Shown: positions 1-10,420, counted from the first letter of the stretch. The stretch is 64,000 bases of DNA from Waterburya sp. (GCA_965217895.1 CBDCJV010000002.1:4864001-4928000), one strand, 5' to 3'. Made by a program: numbers and translations. The notes: generated by a model not told the origin, from the sequence alone.

Positions 1-800
1 AAAGGGGCAATTTCGATTAAGCGATCGCCATCAAAGATAATTGAACCTGATGCACCGCGAGTAATAGCAAAGCCTTTAGCCAGAGTTTTAAGATGGTCAA
101 CCGCAACCTCAAAATCTTCAGTATCCGCCATTAACATCGCTTCGCCCTCGTTGGCAAAGAGGAAATCAACTCCCGAACCAATTATTTCTAACAAACCTGG
201 CTTAAAGAATTTCACCATATTCAAATCAGCCAAGGTGAAAGCCACCTTGTTTCCCGCAGCTTGAGCAATTTCTTTAGCTTCGATCGCTGCCTGTTTGCTG
301 CTTTGCCCACTAACCAAATAACCTTCAATGTAGGTGAATTCGGCATTTTTAATCGCTTCTGGCATTAATTCGGCATCACTAAACTCGCCTGAAATACCCA
401 GAAAAGTATTCATAGTGCGATCGGCATCGGGGGTAACAAACACCAAACACTTGCCTGTCACTCCTGATTCAGCAGTCTGATTTTCTAAATTGGTAGTGAC
501 TCCGCAATCAATTAAATCTTGGGTATAAAAGTTTCCTGGTTCATCATTGGCAACCTTGCAAGAATAAAAAGATTTACCGCCAAATTGACTTACTGCAATT
601 AGGGTATTGGCTGCTGAACCTCCGCAAGAACGTTTTTGAGAGTATTCAGCTAAGTTGCTAACTATTTTGTCCTGACTATCTCGATCTAATAAAGTCATGA
701 CACCTTTTTCTATGCCTAAATTTTGTAATGCTTCGACTGATATCTCAAACTCAATATCCAATAAAGCATTACCAAGAGCGTACACATCGTATTTTGTCAT
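1..800 (-). CDS. PfkB-family carbohydrate/adenosine kinase (3' end runs off the window)
   Basis: Manual translation from ATG at 800: MTKYDVYALGNALLD...CGGSAANT...TPDADRTMNTFLG...DFLFANEGE...ITRGASGS, typical PfkB/adenosine kinase motifs; not in the ORF track because it has no stop in the window. Confidence 0.88.
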   Translation of the reverse strand, partial: MTKYDVYALGNALLDIEFEISVEALQNLGIEKGVMTLLDRDSQDKIVSNLAEYSQKRSCGGSAANTLIAVSQFGGKSFYSCKVANDEPGNFYTQDLIDCGVTTNLENQTAESGVTGKCLVFVTPDADRTMNTFLGISGEFSDAELMPEAIKNAEFTYIEGYLVSGQSSKQAAIEAKEIAQAAGNKVAFTLADLNMVKFFKPGLLEIIGSGVDFLFANEGEAMLMADTEDFEVAVDHLKTLAKGFAITRGASGSIIFDGDRLIEIAP

Positions 801-903
801 AAATTACCTCAGTGGATATATAAACCTGATTCAATCTAACTTATTAGTTTTCAATCGAATTAATCTTATGCAAGATATCATTATTCGAGCCTTGGCATAA
901 ACA

Positions 904-1204
904 TATCGCAGTACGTTGACTGGTTAGGACAGAAAAATGAACTGTTCGTAAGTAGCAAGTAGCAAGTAGCAAGTAACAAGTAGCAAGTAACAAGTAGCAA
1001 GTAACAAGTAGCAAGTAACAAGTAGCAAGTAACAAGTAGCAAGTAACAAGTAGCAAGTAGCAAGTAACAAGTAGCAAGTAACAAGTAGCAAGTAACAAGT
1101 AGCAAGTAACAAGTAACAAGTAACAAGTAGCAAGTAACAAGTAGCAAGTAGCAAGTAACAAGTAGCAAGTAGCAAGTGTCCTAATATAAGTACGTATTGC
1201 TATA
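904..1204 (+). mobile_element. MITE family A (IS630-like TA-flanked ends) with expanded heptamer tract
   Basis: Inverted ends TATCGCAGTACG..TTAGGAC / GTCCTAA..CGTATTGCTATA; related copies at 19363-19477, 41451-41542 and 57664-57778. Confidence 0.72.
950..1177 (+). repeat. STRR heptamer tandem repeat, ~32 units of AAGTAGC/AAGTAAC
   Basis: Directly visible 7-bp periodicity over 228 bp. Confidence 0.97.
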
Positions 1205-1300
1205 TATTTTTATCAATAAACATAGCGATCGCCTGTTCTGAATTTGTATTTAGCAACAGATGTTTTAAACTGCAAGTTAATCTAAATAAAGCTACACAAG

Positions 1301-2443
1301 ATGCAGTCTCAAATTTACACTAATTATCGCTTGCTCTTACCCCATGAAGAAATATTAGGTACGATCGCCGTTAAAGATGGAATTATTGTTGATATTCAAC
1401 CAGGAGTAGTATCTCAGGGGCAAAATGGAGACGGCAATTATCTTTTGCCTGGATTAATTGAACTCCACACCGATAATCTAGAAAAGTGTATCTCGCCTCG
1501 CCCTAAAGTTAGGTTTCCCTTAGAATCAGCAGCGGTTAACCACGATCGCGATTTAATAAGTGCTGGAGTTACTACAGTCTGTGATGCGATCGCCATTGGT
1601 GACGTTACCCCTAAAGACGATTCTTTGCGCATACATCATTATGCAGCGATGATTGATACTATTGCCCAAGGGCAAGCAGCGGGTAGATTTAGCGCAGATC
1701 ACTTATTACACTTACGTTGCGAACTAGGCTACGAACATCTCTACGATATTATCGAACTTTATTCGGAACATCCGCTTTTAGCACTAATATCCTTAATGGA
1801 TCATACCCCTGGTCAACGTCAATTCGTCAATATCAATAAGTACAAATCATACTACACAAGTAGGCATGGTGTACCCGAAGCTAAAATGGAGGAGTTTATT
1901 GCCATGCGTTTAGATAACCAACGTCAACACGCCTTAGCCAATCGTCAGGCTTTAGTTAAACTAAGTCAAGCAAAAAATATTTCCTTGGCTAGTCACGATG
2001 ATGCCACAGTCGATCATGTTAGAGGCGCGATCGCCGAAGGAGTTGTTTTAGCAGAATTTCCCACTACCCTTTACGCTGCCAAAGAAGCTCATAATCATGG
2101 TTTAGCGATTCTTATGGGTGCGCCAAATGTGATTTTAGGCGGTTCACATTCTGGCAATGTTTCAGCGATGGAATTAGTAGAATTAGATTTGGTTGATATT
2201 ATTTCTTCTGATTATGTACCTAGAAGTTTATTACATTCGGTATTTATTATTAGTCAAGAAGCCAAAAAACCACTGTATGAGGTAATCAGATACATTACCT
2301 TAAATCCAGCTAAGGCAATTAATTTAGATCGGCAAATCGGCAGTTTGTCAATAGGAAAAAAGGCTGACTTTATCACAGTTCATGATGATGGTGTTGTTCC
2401 CAGAATTTTAGAAGTTTATAAACAAGGCGATCGCGTAGCTTAA
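1301..2443 (+). CDS. phnM: alpha-D-ribose 1-methylphosphonate 5-triphosphate diphosphatase
   Basis: LPGLIELHTDNLE, SLMDHTPGQRQF, ASHDD, AEFPTT, MGAPNV.GGSHSGN, SSDYVP motifs. Confidence 0.93.
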   Translation: MQSQIYTNYRLLLPHEEILGTIAVKDGIIVDIQPGVVSQGQNGDGNYLLPGLIELHTDNLEKCISPRPKVRFPLESAAVNHDRDLISAGVTTVCDAIAIGDVTPKDDSLRIHHYAAMIDTIAQGQAAGRFSADHLLHLRCELGYEHLYDIIELYSEHPLLALISLMDHTPGQRQFVNINKYKSYYTSRHGVPEAKMEEFIAMRLDNQRQHALANRQALVKLSQAKNISLASHDDATVDHVRGAIAEGVVLAEFPTTLYAAKEAHNHGLAILMGAPNVILGGSHSGNVSAMELVELDLVDIISSDYVPRSLLHSVFIISQEAKKPLYEVIRYITLNPAKAINLDRQIGSLSIGKKADFITVHDDGVVPRILEVYKQGDRVA

Positions 2444-2459
2444 AAGGAGTAATTGTTCA

Positions 2460-3008
2460 TTGTCTATTATCAATTATCAATTTATTGTTTACGCTTGTCC
2501 TGTCGGAGAATTAAATTATCAGATCGAGAATTACTTGCAGAGAATTAGTGAATTATATGGAGAGAATACGGCGCATAAATATATGCCTCATTGTACCTTA
2601 ACTGGATTTTTTACGGCTGAATTAGATTTAATTTCTATTTATATTCAGGCTTTAGATCGAGCATACGCTGAGGCAAAGAATACAAACTTGTCTCTTAATG
2701 TAAAAATAAAACGATTAGCTTTTAATAAAAATTGGCATGGTTTGGAATTGCAGGCTGATAGCCTTAAAATGCTAATTACTAATTTTAGTCAAGCGAAAAA
2801 CCTACTGAACTATCAAGAAAAACTTAGATTAAAAGATTGGCTACACCTCAGCTTAGCTTATGATTTTAATTCTGAACATGAAGCAGTTTTAAAAAAAACA
2901 GCAATGGTAATGATTGACATAAAAGCTAATGTAAATTGGGAATTACGTTTCTATCAAAAAAATCCAGACTGGTCTTGGAAATGTTTACAATCTTGGCAAC
3001 TTTCTTGA
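2460..3008 (+). CDS. 2H-phosphoesterase-fold hypothetical protein
   Basis: Two HxT/S motifs (PHCTL, LHLSL); 16 bp after the phnM stop; TTG start. Confidence 0.65.
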   Translation: MSIINYQFIVYACPVGELNYQIENYLQRISELYGENTAHKYMPHCTLTGFFTAELDLISIYIQALDRAYAEAKNTNLSLNVKIKRLAFNKNWHGLELQADSLKMLITNFSQAKNLLNYQEKLRLKDWLHLSLAYDFNSEHEAVLKKTAMVMIDIKANVNWELRFYQKNPDWSWKCLQSWQLS

Positions 3009-3023
3009 AGCGATTAATTGCCC

Positions 3024-4754
3024 TTACCTTTCCTGAAACTGTCGAGCATAAAATCTAGCATAAGCACCATTTTTAGCGAGTAATTCTTGATGATTACCCG
3101 TTTCCACTATTTGTCCTTTTTCTAATACCAAAATTCGATCGGCGCGTCGTACTGTAGCTAAACGATGAGCGATTACAAATACAGTACGATCCTGCATAAT
3201 TCTTTCTAAGGCTTCTTGTACCAATGCTTCAGATTCTGAGTCTAATGCCGAAGTTGCTTCATCTAAAATTAGTATACGAGGATTAGGCAAAATAGCACGA
3301 GCGATCGCAATTCTTTGTCGTTGTCCCCCCGATAGGTTAACTCCCCTTTCTCCTACATAGGTAAAATAACCTTGGGATAGTTCACTAATAAATTGATGGG
3401 CATTAGCAATCTTGGCAGCAGCTTCGATATCTTTTAGTTCAAACTTAGTTTTTCCAAAGGCAATGTTTTGAACAATAGTACCAGAAAACAGAGTGTTTTC
3501 TTGAGGAACAATTCCTATTTGTTTACGTAAGCTTTTGAGGGTAACATCTTGAATATTTACGCCATCAATTAGTATTTTGCCGTTATCAACATTATAAAAG
3601 CGAGGTAGCAAATTAACCAAAGTAGATTTACCAGCCCCAGAAGAGCCAACAAGAGCAATAGTTTCTCCAGGGTGAGCTAGTAAACTCAAGCAATTAATTA
3701 CGGGGATACCATTTTTATAGCTAAAGCTAACGGCACTATATTCAACTTTACCTGTTACTGCCTGTAAAGCGATCGCCTGTTCTTTTTCGATTACGGCAGG
3801 TTGTATTGCTAATAATTCAAATATTTTATCTGCTGATGCCTGTCCTTCTTTAAACTTATTGTAATTACTAGTAGTATGAGTAATCGGGTCAATTAATAAT
3901 GCTACCCCTGTAATGTAGCTAACAAAATCTTTTCCTGTTAGATTACCCAGAGAAATCTGCCAACCTCCCAAGAAGAAGATAAATACCACGCTCATTACCA
4001 ACAAAAAACCTACTATCACAATCTGAAATGCTTTAGCTTTCTCTGCCTGATATTTAGCTTGGCGATTAGCTTCTGCTTCTTGACCAAAACGCTCTAGTTC
4101 ATAATTTTCGGCCGCAAAAGCCTGGACTAAACGAATTCCTCCTAATACTTCTGTTAATAAAGCCGACAAATTGGAAATACGATTTTGGCTATGCCGGGAA
4201 TACTGCAAGAGTTTTTCGCCAAATGCGCCAATAATCAGAGCCATTACAGGAGCTAATACCAGTGTCGCTAGGGTCAATTGCCAATTAAGCCAGAGCATAT
4301 AGCCCAAAACTACAATTAACTGCAAAATACAGGGAATAAAATCATGAAAAAACTGATTTACAACCTCGCCGATGCGATCTATATCTTCTGTGAGGCGATA
4401 AGTTAGATCTCCTGTTTTTGCTACTTCAAAATAATTCAAACTTAGCTTTTGCAGATGACTATAAACAAACTTGCGCACATCCAAAGCGACATTCAAAGCA
4501 GCTTTTGCCATCAAGGAATCTTGCCCGTATTGAGCAATGCCTTGTAACAGAAAAACCAGCGCAACTAATCCCGCTAGCTTGGCAATACTGCTAGGATCTC
4601 CTTTGCCAATATATTGACTGACTTCTCCTGCCAACCAGGCTTTAATTGGCCAAAAAACCGTAAAAATAAGAGTACAAATAAAAGCCAACAGGATAGTCTG
4701 ACTTTGAGGGCGAATAAAAGGAATAAGCTGCCAGTAGCTAGAGCGATTTTTCAA
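3024..4754 (-). CDS. ABC exporter, fused permease/ATPase (MsbA-like)
   Basis: N-terminal TM domain, GSSGAGKS Walker A, LSGGQRQR signature, ILDEATSALD. Confidence 0.93.
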   Translation of the reverse strand: MKNRSSYWQLIPFIRPQSQTILLAFICTLIFTVFWPIKAWLAGEVSQYIGKGDPSSIAKLAGLVALVFLLQGIAQYGQDSLMAKAALNVALDVRKFVYSHLQKLSLNYFEVAKTGDLTYRLTEDIDRIGEVVNQFFHDFIPCILQLIVVLGYMLWLNWQLTLATLVLAPVMALIIGAFGEKLLQYSRHSQNRISNLSALLTEVLGGIRLVQAFAAENYELERFGQEAEANRQAKYQAEKAKAFQIVIVGFLLVMSVVFIFFLGGWQISLGNLTGKDFVSYITGVALLIDPITHTTSNYNKFKEGQASADKIFELLAIQPAVIEKEQAIALQAVTGKVEYSAVSFSYKNGIPVINCLSLLAHPGETIALVGSSGAGKSTLVNLLPRFYNVDNGKILIDGVNIQDVTLKSLRKQIGIVPQENTLFSGTIVQNIAFGKTKFELKDIEAAAKIANAHQFISELSQGYFTYVGERGVNLSGGQRQRIAIARAILPNPRILILDEATSALDSESEALVQEALERIMQDRTVFVIAHRLATVRRADRILVLEKGQIVETGNHQELLAKNGAYARFYARQFQER

Positions 4755-4855
4755 GTCTATCTTGGGGGTTGAATAATAGTCATTAGTCTACACCAGCCCC
4801 TATCGCTGTCAATTTATTTAAGGCTGACAAACATAAATCGGCAAAATCAACAAAA

Positions 4856-4884
4856 AAAGGGGCGTTTTGTTCAAACGCACCTTT
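4856..4884. repeat. Small palindromic hairpin (SDR/REP-like)
   Basis: AAAGGGGCGTTT-tgttc-AAACGCACCTTT imperfect inverted repeat. Confidence 0.4.
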
Positions 4885-5149
4885 CAAAATTGGTAAATAA
4901 TAATGAATATCTAGTCTTGAATTTATTATTCCATGCCTTTGGGGAGATCTAAGTTTGTTCATCTAATCTTGTTCAAATAGTAGCTATCTTCATCTAAACT
5001 TCAAAAATCTCTCAATAGTTTAATGTAAGATAGAAAAACTGACGATATTTCTTAATTGACCTATCGACTACCTTAATGTTTCGAGAATTATCTACTAGCG
5101 ATAGCAAAAAAGCCTACGTTACAATTTTTGACTCAAAGTCGGCAAAACC

Positions 5150-5458
5150 TCACCAATCCGATTTTTCAATCCAGCGTAGAGCTAAATATATAAGCCCAGT
5201 CAGAATAGCCAAACCAATCATAAGAAATACGACGACAGTATAGCCTGCTTTAATTAGACTGACGACCATAATTAAGTAGGGAATACCCAAAGTAGCTATA
5301 ATTAAAGCTAATTTTTTAGGAGTCCATTTGATATCCTTCCAGTCAGTCATTATTGAGCCGCCACTGCCATATTTTTCGGGAGGTTTAGCTACTTGAGATT
5401 TGCCAACCTTACCCTGTCGCAGCATTTTTGGAAGATTTTGACGATCATTATTTGGCAT
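5150..5458 (-). CDS. Small membrane protein with two TM helices
   Basis: 102-aa ORF with two hydrophobic C-terminal segments. Confidence 0.7.
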   Translation of the reverse strand: MPNNDRQNLPKMLRQGKVGKSQVAKPPEKYGSGGSIMTDWKDIKWTPKKLALIIATLGIPYLIMVVSLIKAGYTVVVFLMIGLAILTGLIYLALRWIEKSDW

Positions 5459-5689
5459 AGCTGATAAATTTTAATCGGTAAAAGTTGTAACCATAATAGT
5501 TTAAGACTCTTAATTGAGCCAAAAAATTTCGCTTTGCAAGTCAGCTTTATTTAGTTTTATTTACACTCTTTACTATTTTGAACAGTCTTTAAGGCGCAGA
5601 TGGATAGATTTAGTTTCCTAATCCTTTTTAGAATTAGTCATACTTGTAAACTAGATTTTTATCAATTCAATTTAGAGGATCAAAGCCAG

Positions 5690-6733
5690 ATGGATACAGA
5701 TGCGATCGCTTTAGCTAAAAAAATCCAAATTCAGTTTAAAATACTCAAGCAGCAAAAGCAATATCAGCATATTGCTAAATTGATTACTTATGCTTGGCAA
5801 GTAAATTCTAGTCATTTTAATCGTCAGATTTTTGGCTATCTTCCTGGCATTTTTCAAGAAATTGAGCTTTTTCCTGCTTCTAAGGCAATACAGCTAAAAG
5901 ATTTGTATATTGGTGAACCAGTGGTTTACAAAGTCTATTATCCTCAGGAACAAAAACTATACAATATTCCTTTTTTTTATATCTTTTGCTATCTAAAAAA
6001 AAATTCTGATAAATTAAATATTTATTTTCAAAGCGCACATCCCCAATATAAAAAATTTGACTATCAAGATTACAATTTAAGTCAAGAAAAAGTCAATTTT
6101 GAAGGATGCGTATCTGCCTTTAATAATGACGATATGTCTATAATCAGCGTTAGCGATCCAGGGCAATTTATTCCAGGATTAACCTCCAGCTATTATGTTG
6201 GTTCAGCAGATTTAAACTTCGTAAAATATATTGCTAAAGTACTAGAGCCTATAGCTAATTTAGCAAACATTAATGCTAATAACATTCTGCTGTTTGGTTC
6301 TTCTGCGGGAACGTTTGGTGCATTACTTAGCAGTACCTATTTTCAGCAAAAAGTAAATGTATTGGCTGTTAACAGTCAAATATTTTTGCACTATAAAACA
6401 TCGATGATGAAGCAGCTATTTAATATTGATAATCGAAAAAAACTTTTAGATTTATTTGGTCAGCAAATTTCTTGTGTCCAAAGATTCGAGCGAAAATTAA
6501 ATAGCATTCCTAATATTTATATTTTAGCCAACGTCAACGATAATTTATATCAACGTAATTTTAATTTTTATCGACTTTATATAGACAAATTTACTCAAAA
6601 AGAAGTTAATAATCAGTCAGTTTTTGATAGTTATTATGGTGTAGACGGTCATGGTCGTCCTGAATCATCTTCCCTTAAAGCTAAAATTAAAATTGCCAGA
6701 GAAGTTCTGACTATGAACTCAACTAGGCAGTGA
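5690..6733 (+). CDS. alpha/beta-hydrolase-fold protein (GxSxG)
   Basis: LLFGSSAGTFGA nucleophile elbow and C-terminal DGHG; ATG at 5690 follows GAGG (ORF open from 5600). Confidence 0.7.
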   Translation: MDTDAIALAKKIQIQFKILKQQKQYQHIAKLITYAWQVNSSHFNRQIFGYLPGIFQEIELFPASKAIQLKDLYIGEPVVYKVYYPQEQKLYNIPFFYIFCYLKKNSDKLNIYFQSAHPQYKKFDYQDYNLSQEKVNFEGCVSAFNNDDMSIISVSDPGQFIPGLTSSYYVGSADLNFVKYIAKVLEPIANLANINANNILLFGSSAGTFGALLSSTYFQQKVNVLAVNSQIFLHYKTSMMKQLFNIDNRKKLLDLFGQQISCVQRFERKLNSIPNIYILANVNDNLYQRNFNFYRLYIDKFTQKEVNNQSVFDSYYGVDGHGRPESSSLKAKIKIAREVLTMNSTRQ

Positions 6734-6736
6734 ATT

Positions 6737-8896
6737 TTATTGCCAATTAAACTTTATTCCCAGATATTGTTCTAACTGCTGATTATAAGGTGCAAAATAA
6801 TCAACTAAAGTCTTTCTTAATTTAGAATCTACCTGATTGTAATCACCAGCATTAACTTTTGGATAATTTTCTAAGGGGCAATTGGGCAAACCTAAAAAAT
6901 CAAATACTTGAGCCATATTGCTTGCAGGATCGCTATAAAAGTCTTCGCTCTTTAAAAATAAAAACTGTTCACGACCTAATATTTCTACCCAAGCTCTAAT
7001 CTTATAAATATAAAGACTGCTTAAAATATTGTCTGGATTATGATAACCAGTCTCAACAATTTCTGCCTCGCTAATCGTGGCTAACCTAGTTATTTCTTCG
7101 GAGATTGCCGTAGATAAGTCTTGATTTGTCAAGCCTGTATTTAACTTATGATAATGCCAAGAAATTGCCCTCTCAGCGGGATTTCTCAGCAAAATAATGA
7201 TTTTGGTCTGGGGAAAAGTATTTTTGATCCTTTGAGCCACTTGAGGAAATCGCAGATAGTTAGGAGTTGCTTCTCCTGTCAAAAAATCATCTTGATCGGT
7301 AATTGTGGGAAAATGAGCCAAATACCAGTCAATGCCTCGATCAAAATTTTGCCAGTAAAAATCAATTTCTTTAGTATGGGACAACAAAATTTGGGGATGA
7401 CGACTGAGATAGAAATAAATAGAAGATGTTCCACTTTTTGATGCTCCAGCAATAATAAAGTCTGGACCACACTTTTTTGACTCTTGCCAGTTTAATTTAG
7501 CTAGGTGAGGATAGCTTTGGATTGCTTTTTGATAAGAGCCTGTGCGGTAACATTCTCTTGCTTGGGGGACGAGGTTTTGTTGCGTTAAAGCATCTCCTAA
7601 GTTTCCCCAGGCAATAGTAATTTCAGGATGCTCTGTAACTATTTGACGATAAAATTTAATTAAATCAGTTGATTCGTCTTTAGAGATAGGGGTGTACTGA
7701 AGAGCAATATAAGCATCTCTAAAATAAGGATCGAGCTGGAGCGACTTTTGATAATTAGTTATTGCCTTAGGAAAACGGCTTTTAGCTCTAAACAATTTGG
7801 CTAACTGAAAATAGTCGATTGCCGTCACTTTCGGGTTTGCCGCTAAAGCTGCTTCATATCCAGCAAAAGCTTCTGTTTCTACAGGATCGGCTTCGGCACT
7901 GTTTTGAACTGCTTTGGTGTAACAGGCTACAGCCAAATCGTATTGCTGCAAATAATGATAAATCTGACCTATGGCATTTAAAGCAATTGCCGAATTAGGG
8001 TTAAAAGAGAGCATTTGGCGATAGACAGCAGTTGCTTTATTCCATTGCTGTTGATTTTGCCAAAGTAGACCTAACTGATAATATGCCTCTTCATAGTTGT
8101 CTTGAAGGGCGATCGCTTTTTGCCAACATTCTTCAGCCTGAGAATCTTCTTGGAGTTTGTGTAGCGTTAAACCCAAATGATAATAAATTTCCGAGTCGGA
8201 CTTTAAATCTAGAGCTTGTTCAAAATGCTTTTGAGCTTGAACATATTCTTGTAGTTGATATAGTGCCAAACCCCAATGGTAATAAATTTTAGCCGATGGG
8301 TCGAATTTGGCTGCTTTGTGATAGTTTCTACTTGCCCAAAGCCATTTTCTTTGAGCAGCTAAAGCCTGTGCCAGAGCAAAATAATATCGGGCATTACGAG
8401 GATTATTTCTGACTCCTAGACGATATACTTCTAAGACAGGTTCGTATTTTCTTTGAGCAGCTAAAAGTTCCCCTAAAGCCTGATATGCTTCAAAAAAATC
8501 TGTTTGGGAATCGATCGCACCACGGTAACAGGCGATCGCTTTATCTGGCACTTGAGCAGCTAAAGTCTGACCAAGCTTATAAAGTTGTTCGGGGGTAAAA
8601 GAATCGGCTTTTAATTTAAATAATTTAAATAAATGATTGGCAGCTTGGCGATCCTTACCTAATTGAGCCAGCGTTTGCGCCAGAGCGCGATGTAATCGGG
8701 CAGAATTAGGTTGCAGAGTCACCGCCTCTCGATAAAATTTTAGAGCCTTTTGCCACTGCTTTTGTTGAATATACAAATCTCCTAAATTAGCGCGATCTTC
8801 TGCCGATTGAGGATTAGCGGTTATTTTTTGACGGTATCGGGCGATCGCCTGCTGTATTTGCTTGGCGGTTAATTGAGACAGAAGAAGTTCTTTCAT
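6737..8896 (-). CDS. TPR-repeat protein with C-terminal PAPS-dependent sulfotransferase
   Basis: Many TPRs, then PDFIIAGASKSGTSS (5'-PSB loop) and LRNPAERAIS (3'-PB); start 8896 or 8944. Confidence 0.9.
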   Translation of the reverse strand: MKELLLSQLTAKQIQQAIARYRQKITANPQSAEDRANLGDLYIQQKQWQKALKFYREAVTLQPNSARLHRALAQTLAQLGKDRQAANHLFKLFKLKADSFTPEQLYKLGQTLAAQVPDKAIACYRGAIDSQTDFFEAYQALGELLAAQRKYEPVLEVYRLGVRNNPRNARYYFALAQALAAQRKWLWASRNYHKAAKFDPSAKIYYHWGLALYQLQEYVQAQKHFEQALDLKSDSEIYYHLGLTLHKLQEDSQAEECWQKAIALQDNYEEAYYQLGLLWQNQQQWNKATAVYRQMLSFNPNSAIALNAIGQIYHYLQQYDLAVACYTKAVQNSAEADPVETEAFAGYEAALAANPKVTAIDYFQLAKLFRAKSRFPKAITNYQKSLQLDPYFRDAYIALQYTPISKDESTDLIKFYRQIVTEHPEITIAWGNLGDALTQQNLVPQARECYRTGSYQKAIQSYPHLAKLNWQESKKCGPDFIIAGASKSGTSSIYFYLSRHPQILLSHTKEIDFYWQNFDRGIDWYLAHFPTITDQDDFLTGEATPNYLRFPQVAQRIKNTFPQTKIIILLRNPAERAISWHYHKLNTGLTNQDLSTAISEEITRLATISEAEIVETGYHNPDNILSSLYIYKIRAWVEILGREQFLFLKSEDFYSDPASNMAQVFDFLGLPNCPLENYPKVNAGDYNQVDSKLRKTLVDYFAPYNQQLEQYLGIKFNWQ

Positions 8897-8956
8897 TAGT
8901 AGTTGCAGAATGCTTGATAAATACTTAGTTGTGCCAATGATCACAGGTGACTTAGG

Positions 8957-10420
8957 CTATAGTTTGCGAATAAATAATTGAAATGTTTGCGGAGAACGAC
9001 AAACTTGTTGCCATTGATCCTTTACAGAGGCAAGAAATCGATCAATGCCGACTTGAGGATTTTGTTGAGCATTATGAGGATTACGCCAGCCATAAGAATT
9101 AAAAATAAGTAATCCGCCTGATTTAATTAACTTCCAGGCGAGCATGGCATTTTTCTCTGTGTGTTGACTCAGTTTCTTACGATCCTGAAGATTAATGAGG
9201 TCAAAACTATTAACAGTACAGTCTGATAACAGTTGGTGAATATCTCCTTCTAAACAAGTTACCTTAGACTCTGAACCAGATTTGGTAAGGTTTTGTTTGA
9301 ATGATAGTTCAAATTTACTGTCAATACAGGTGAGCCTATCTTTTTCTTGGACTAACATTTTATCAAGCATCCAACAAGAAGACATTCCTTGATAACAGCC
9401 TACTTCTAAGGCATTAACTCCTGGTGCGGTAATCAATGGCTGTAAATGTTTTTCCCAGACAGAAATACGATAGCTAAAAATATCGCGAGTAAAAAAATAG
9501 TTATTGGCGATACACTGTTCCCAACCGCGATTTTTACAAGCCTGTTGAAAATTAGCTGCTGCTTCGGGTAATCTACCTTTTTCTCGTAGAGCATCTCCTA
9601 AATGTCCATATACCCAGGGATATTCTTCAACTAGGTTCAAAATTGCGTAGCAGGTAGAAATAGCTTCATCCCATTTTTGCAGCATCAAAAAAGTTTTGAC
9701 TAAATCTCGATAAGCCCAAGGGAAGTCTGGAGCATTTTTAATGGTTTGATGAAAAGAGGCGATCGCCTCTTCAAAATACTGCTTTTGTAGGTAAATAGTG
9801 CCTAATTTGTATTGCGCCCTAGATTCTGTGGGCTGCACGCTTAAAATTTTCTCGTATATAGCCTCGGCTCGGTCTAACTGATGCTGGCGTTGATAAATGT
9901 CTCCCAAATCATAAAAAGCAGCAATCAAGCCTTGCTCTCCAGCGATCGCCTTTTCATAACAGGCGATCGCTTCTTCTATTCTTCCTTTTTGTTCTAAGGC
10001 TTTGGCTAGCTTATAGTAACCACTATTATTGACCAAATTAGGATTGATTTTAATTGCTTGATACCAGCAATCCATTTCCGCATCTTTACGCTGGAGGTAG
10101 CTATTGATCTGCGCCAGAGATGAATATATACGGTCAGAATCGGGTACAAGTTCTAAAGCTTTTTCAAAAGAGGCTAAAGCAGCTTGCCAATTCTTTTCTA
10201 AAATATGCAGCTCTCCTAATTGGCAGTATACCTCCCCAAGATTAGTTTGGGCTTCTAAAGCCAAGGAATGCCAAATAATAGCTCGATCAAATTCCCCCAT
10301 ACCCTGAAGCAAATTGCCCAGGTTCTTAAAGGCAGATTGCCATTGTTCCTGGTCGTTGTTATCTGTTTTTACTGTCTGCTCGCACTCGACAATTGCCTGA
10401 ATTAAATAGCTAGAATCCAC
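8957..10420 (-). CDS. TPR-repeat protein with C-terminal class I SAM methyltransferase-like domain
   Basis: TPRs, then ALEVGCYQGMSSCW...CIDS...FDLI...KSGGLLIF. Confidence 0.85.
   Translation of the reverse strand: MDSSYLIQAIVECEQTVKTDNNDQEQWQSAFKNLGNLLQGMGEFDRAIIWHSLALEAQTNLGEVYCQLGELHILEKNWQAALASFEKALELVPDSDRIYSSLAQINSYLQRKDAEMDCWYQAIKINPNLVNNSGYYKLAKALEQKGRIEEAIACYEKAIAGEQGLIAAFYDLGDIYQRQHQLDRAEAIYEKILSVQPTESRAQYKLGTIYLQKQYFEEAIASFHQTIKNAPDFPWAYRDLVKTFLMLQKWDEAISTCYAILNLVEEYPWVYGHLGDALREKGRLPEAAANFQQACKNRGWEQCIANNYFFTRDIFSYRISVWEKHLQPLITAPGVNALEVGCYQGMSSCWMLDKMLVQEKDRLTCIDSKFELSFKQNLTKSGSESKVTCLEGDIHQLLSDCTVNSFDLINLQDRKKLSQHTEKNAMLAWKLIKSGGLLIFNSYGWRNPHNAQQNPQVGIDRFLASVKDQWQQVCRSPQTFQLFIRKL

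Noticed and set aside
697..900. 67-aa + strand ORF
   Set aside because: Antisense to the start of the pfkB kinase
844..1175. Three minus-strand ORFs of LLATCY/LLVTCY repeats
   Set aside because: Artefact of the stop-free heptamer tract; all three frames give the same peptide
950..1177. Possible CRISPR array
   Set aside because: Contiguous 7-bp units with no spacers; no cas genes in the window
1262..1285. Pho (SphR) box upstream of phnM
   Set aside because: TTAA cores are 12 bp apart rather than 11 and match the consensus poorly
3024..4754. ABC exporter as the type I secretion ATPase for the RTX protein
   Set aside because: Looks like a generic MsbA-type exporter; no C39-like domain and no adjacent HlyD
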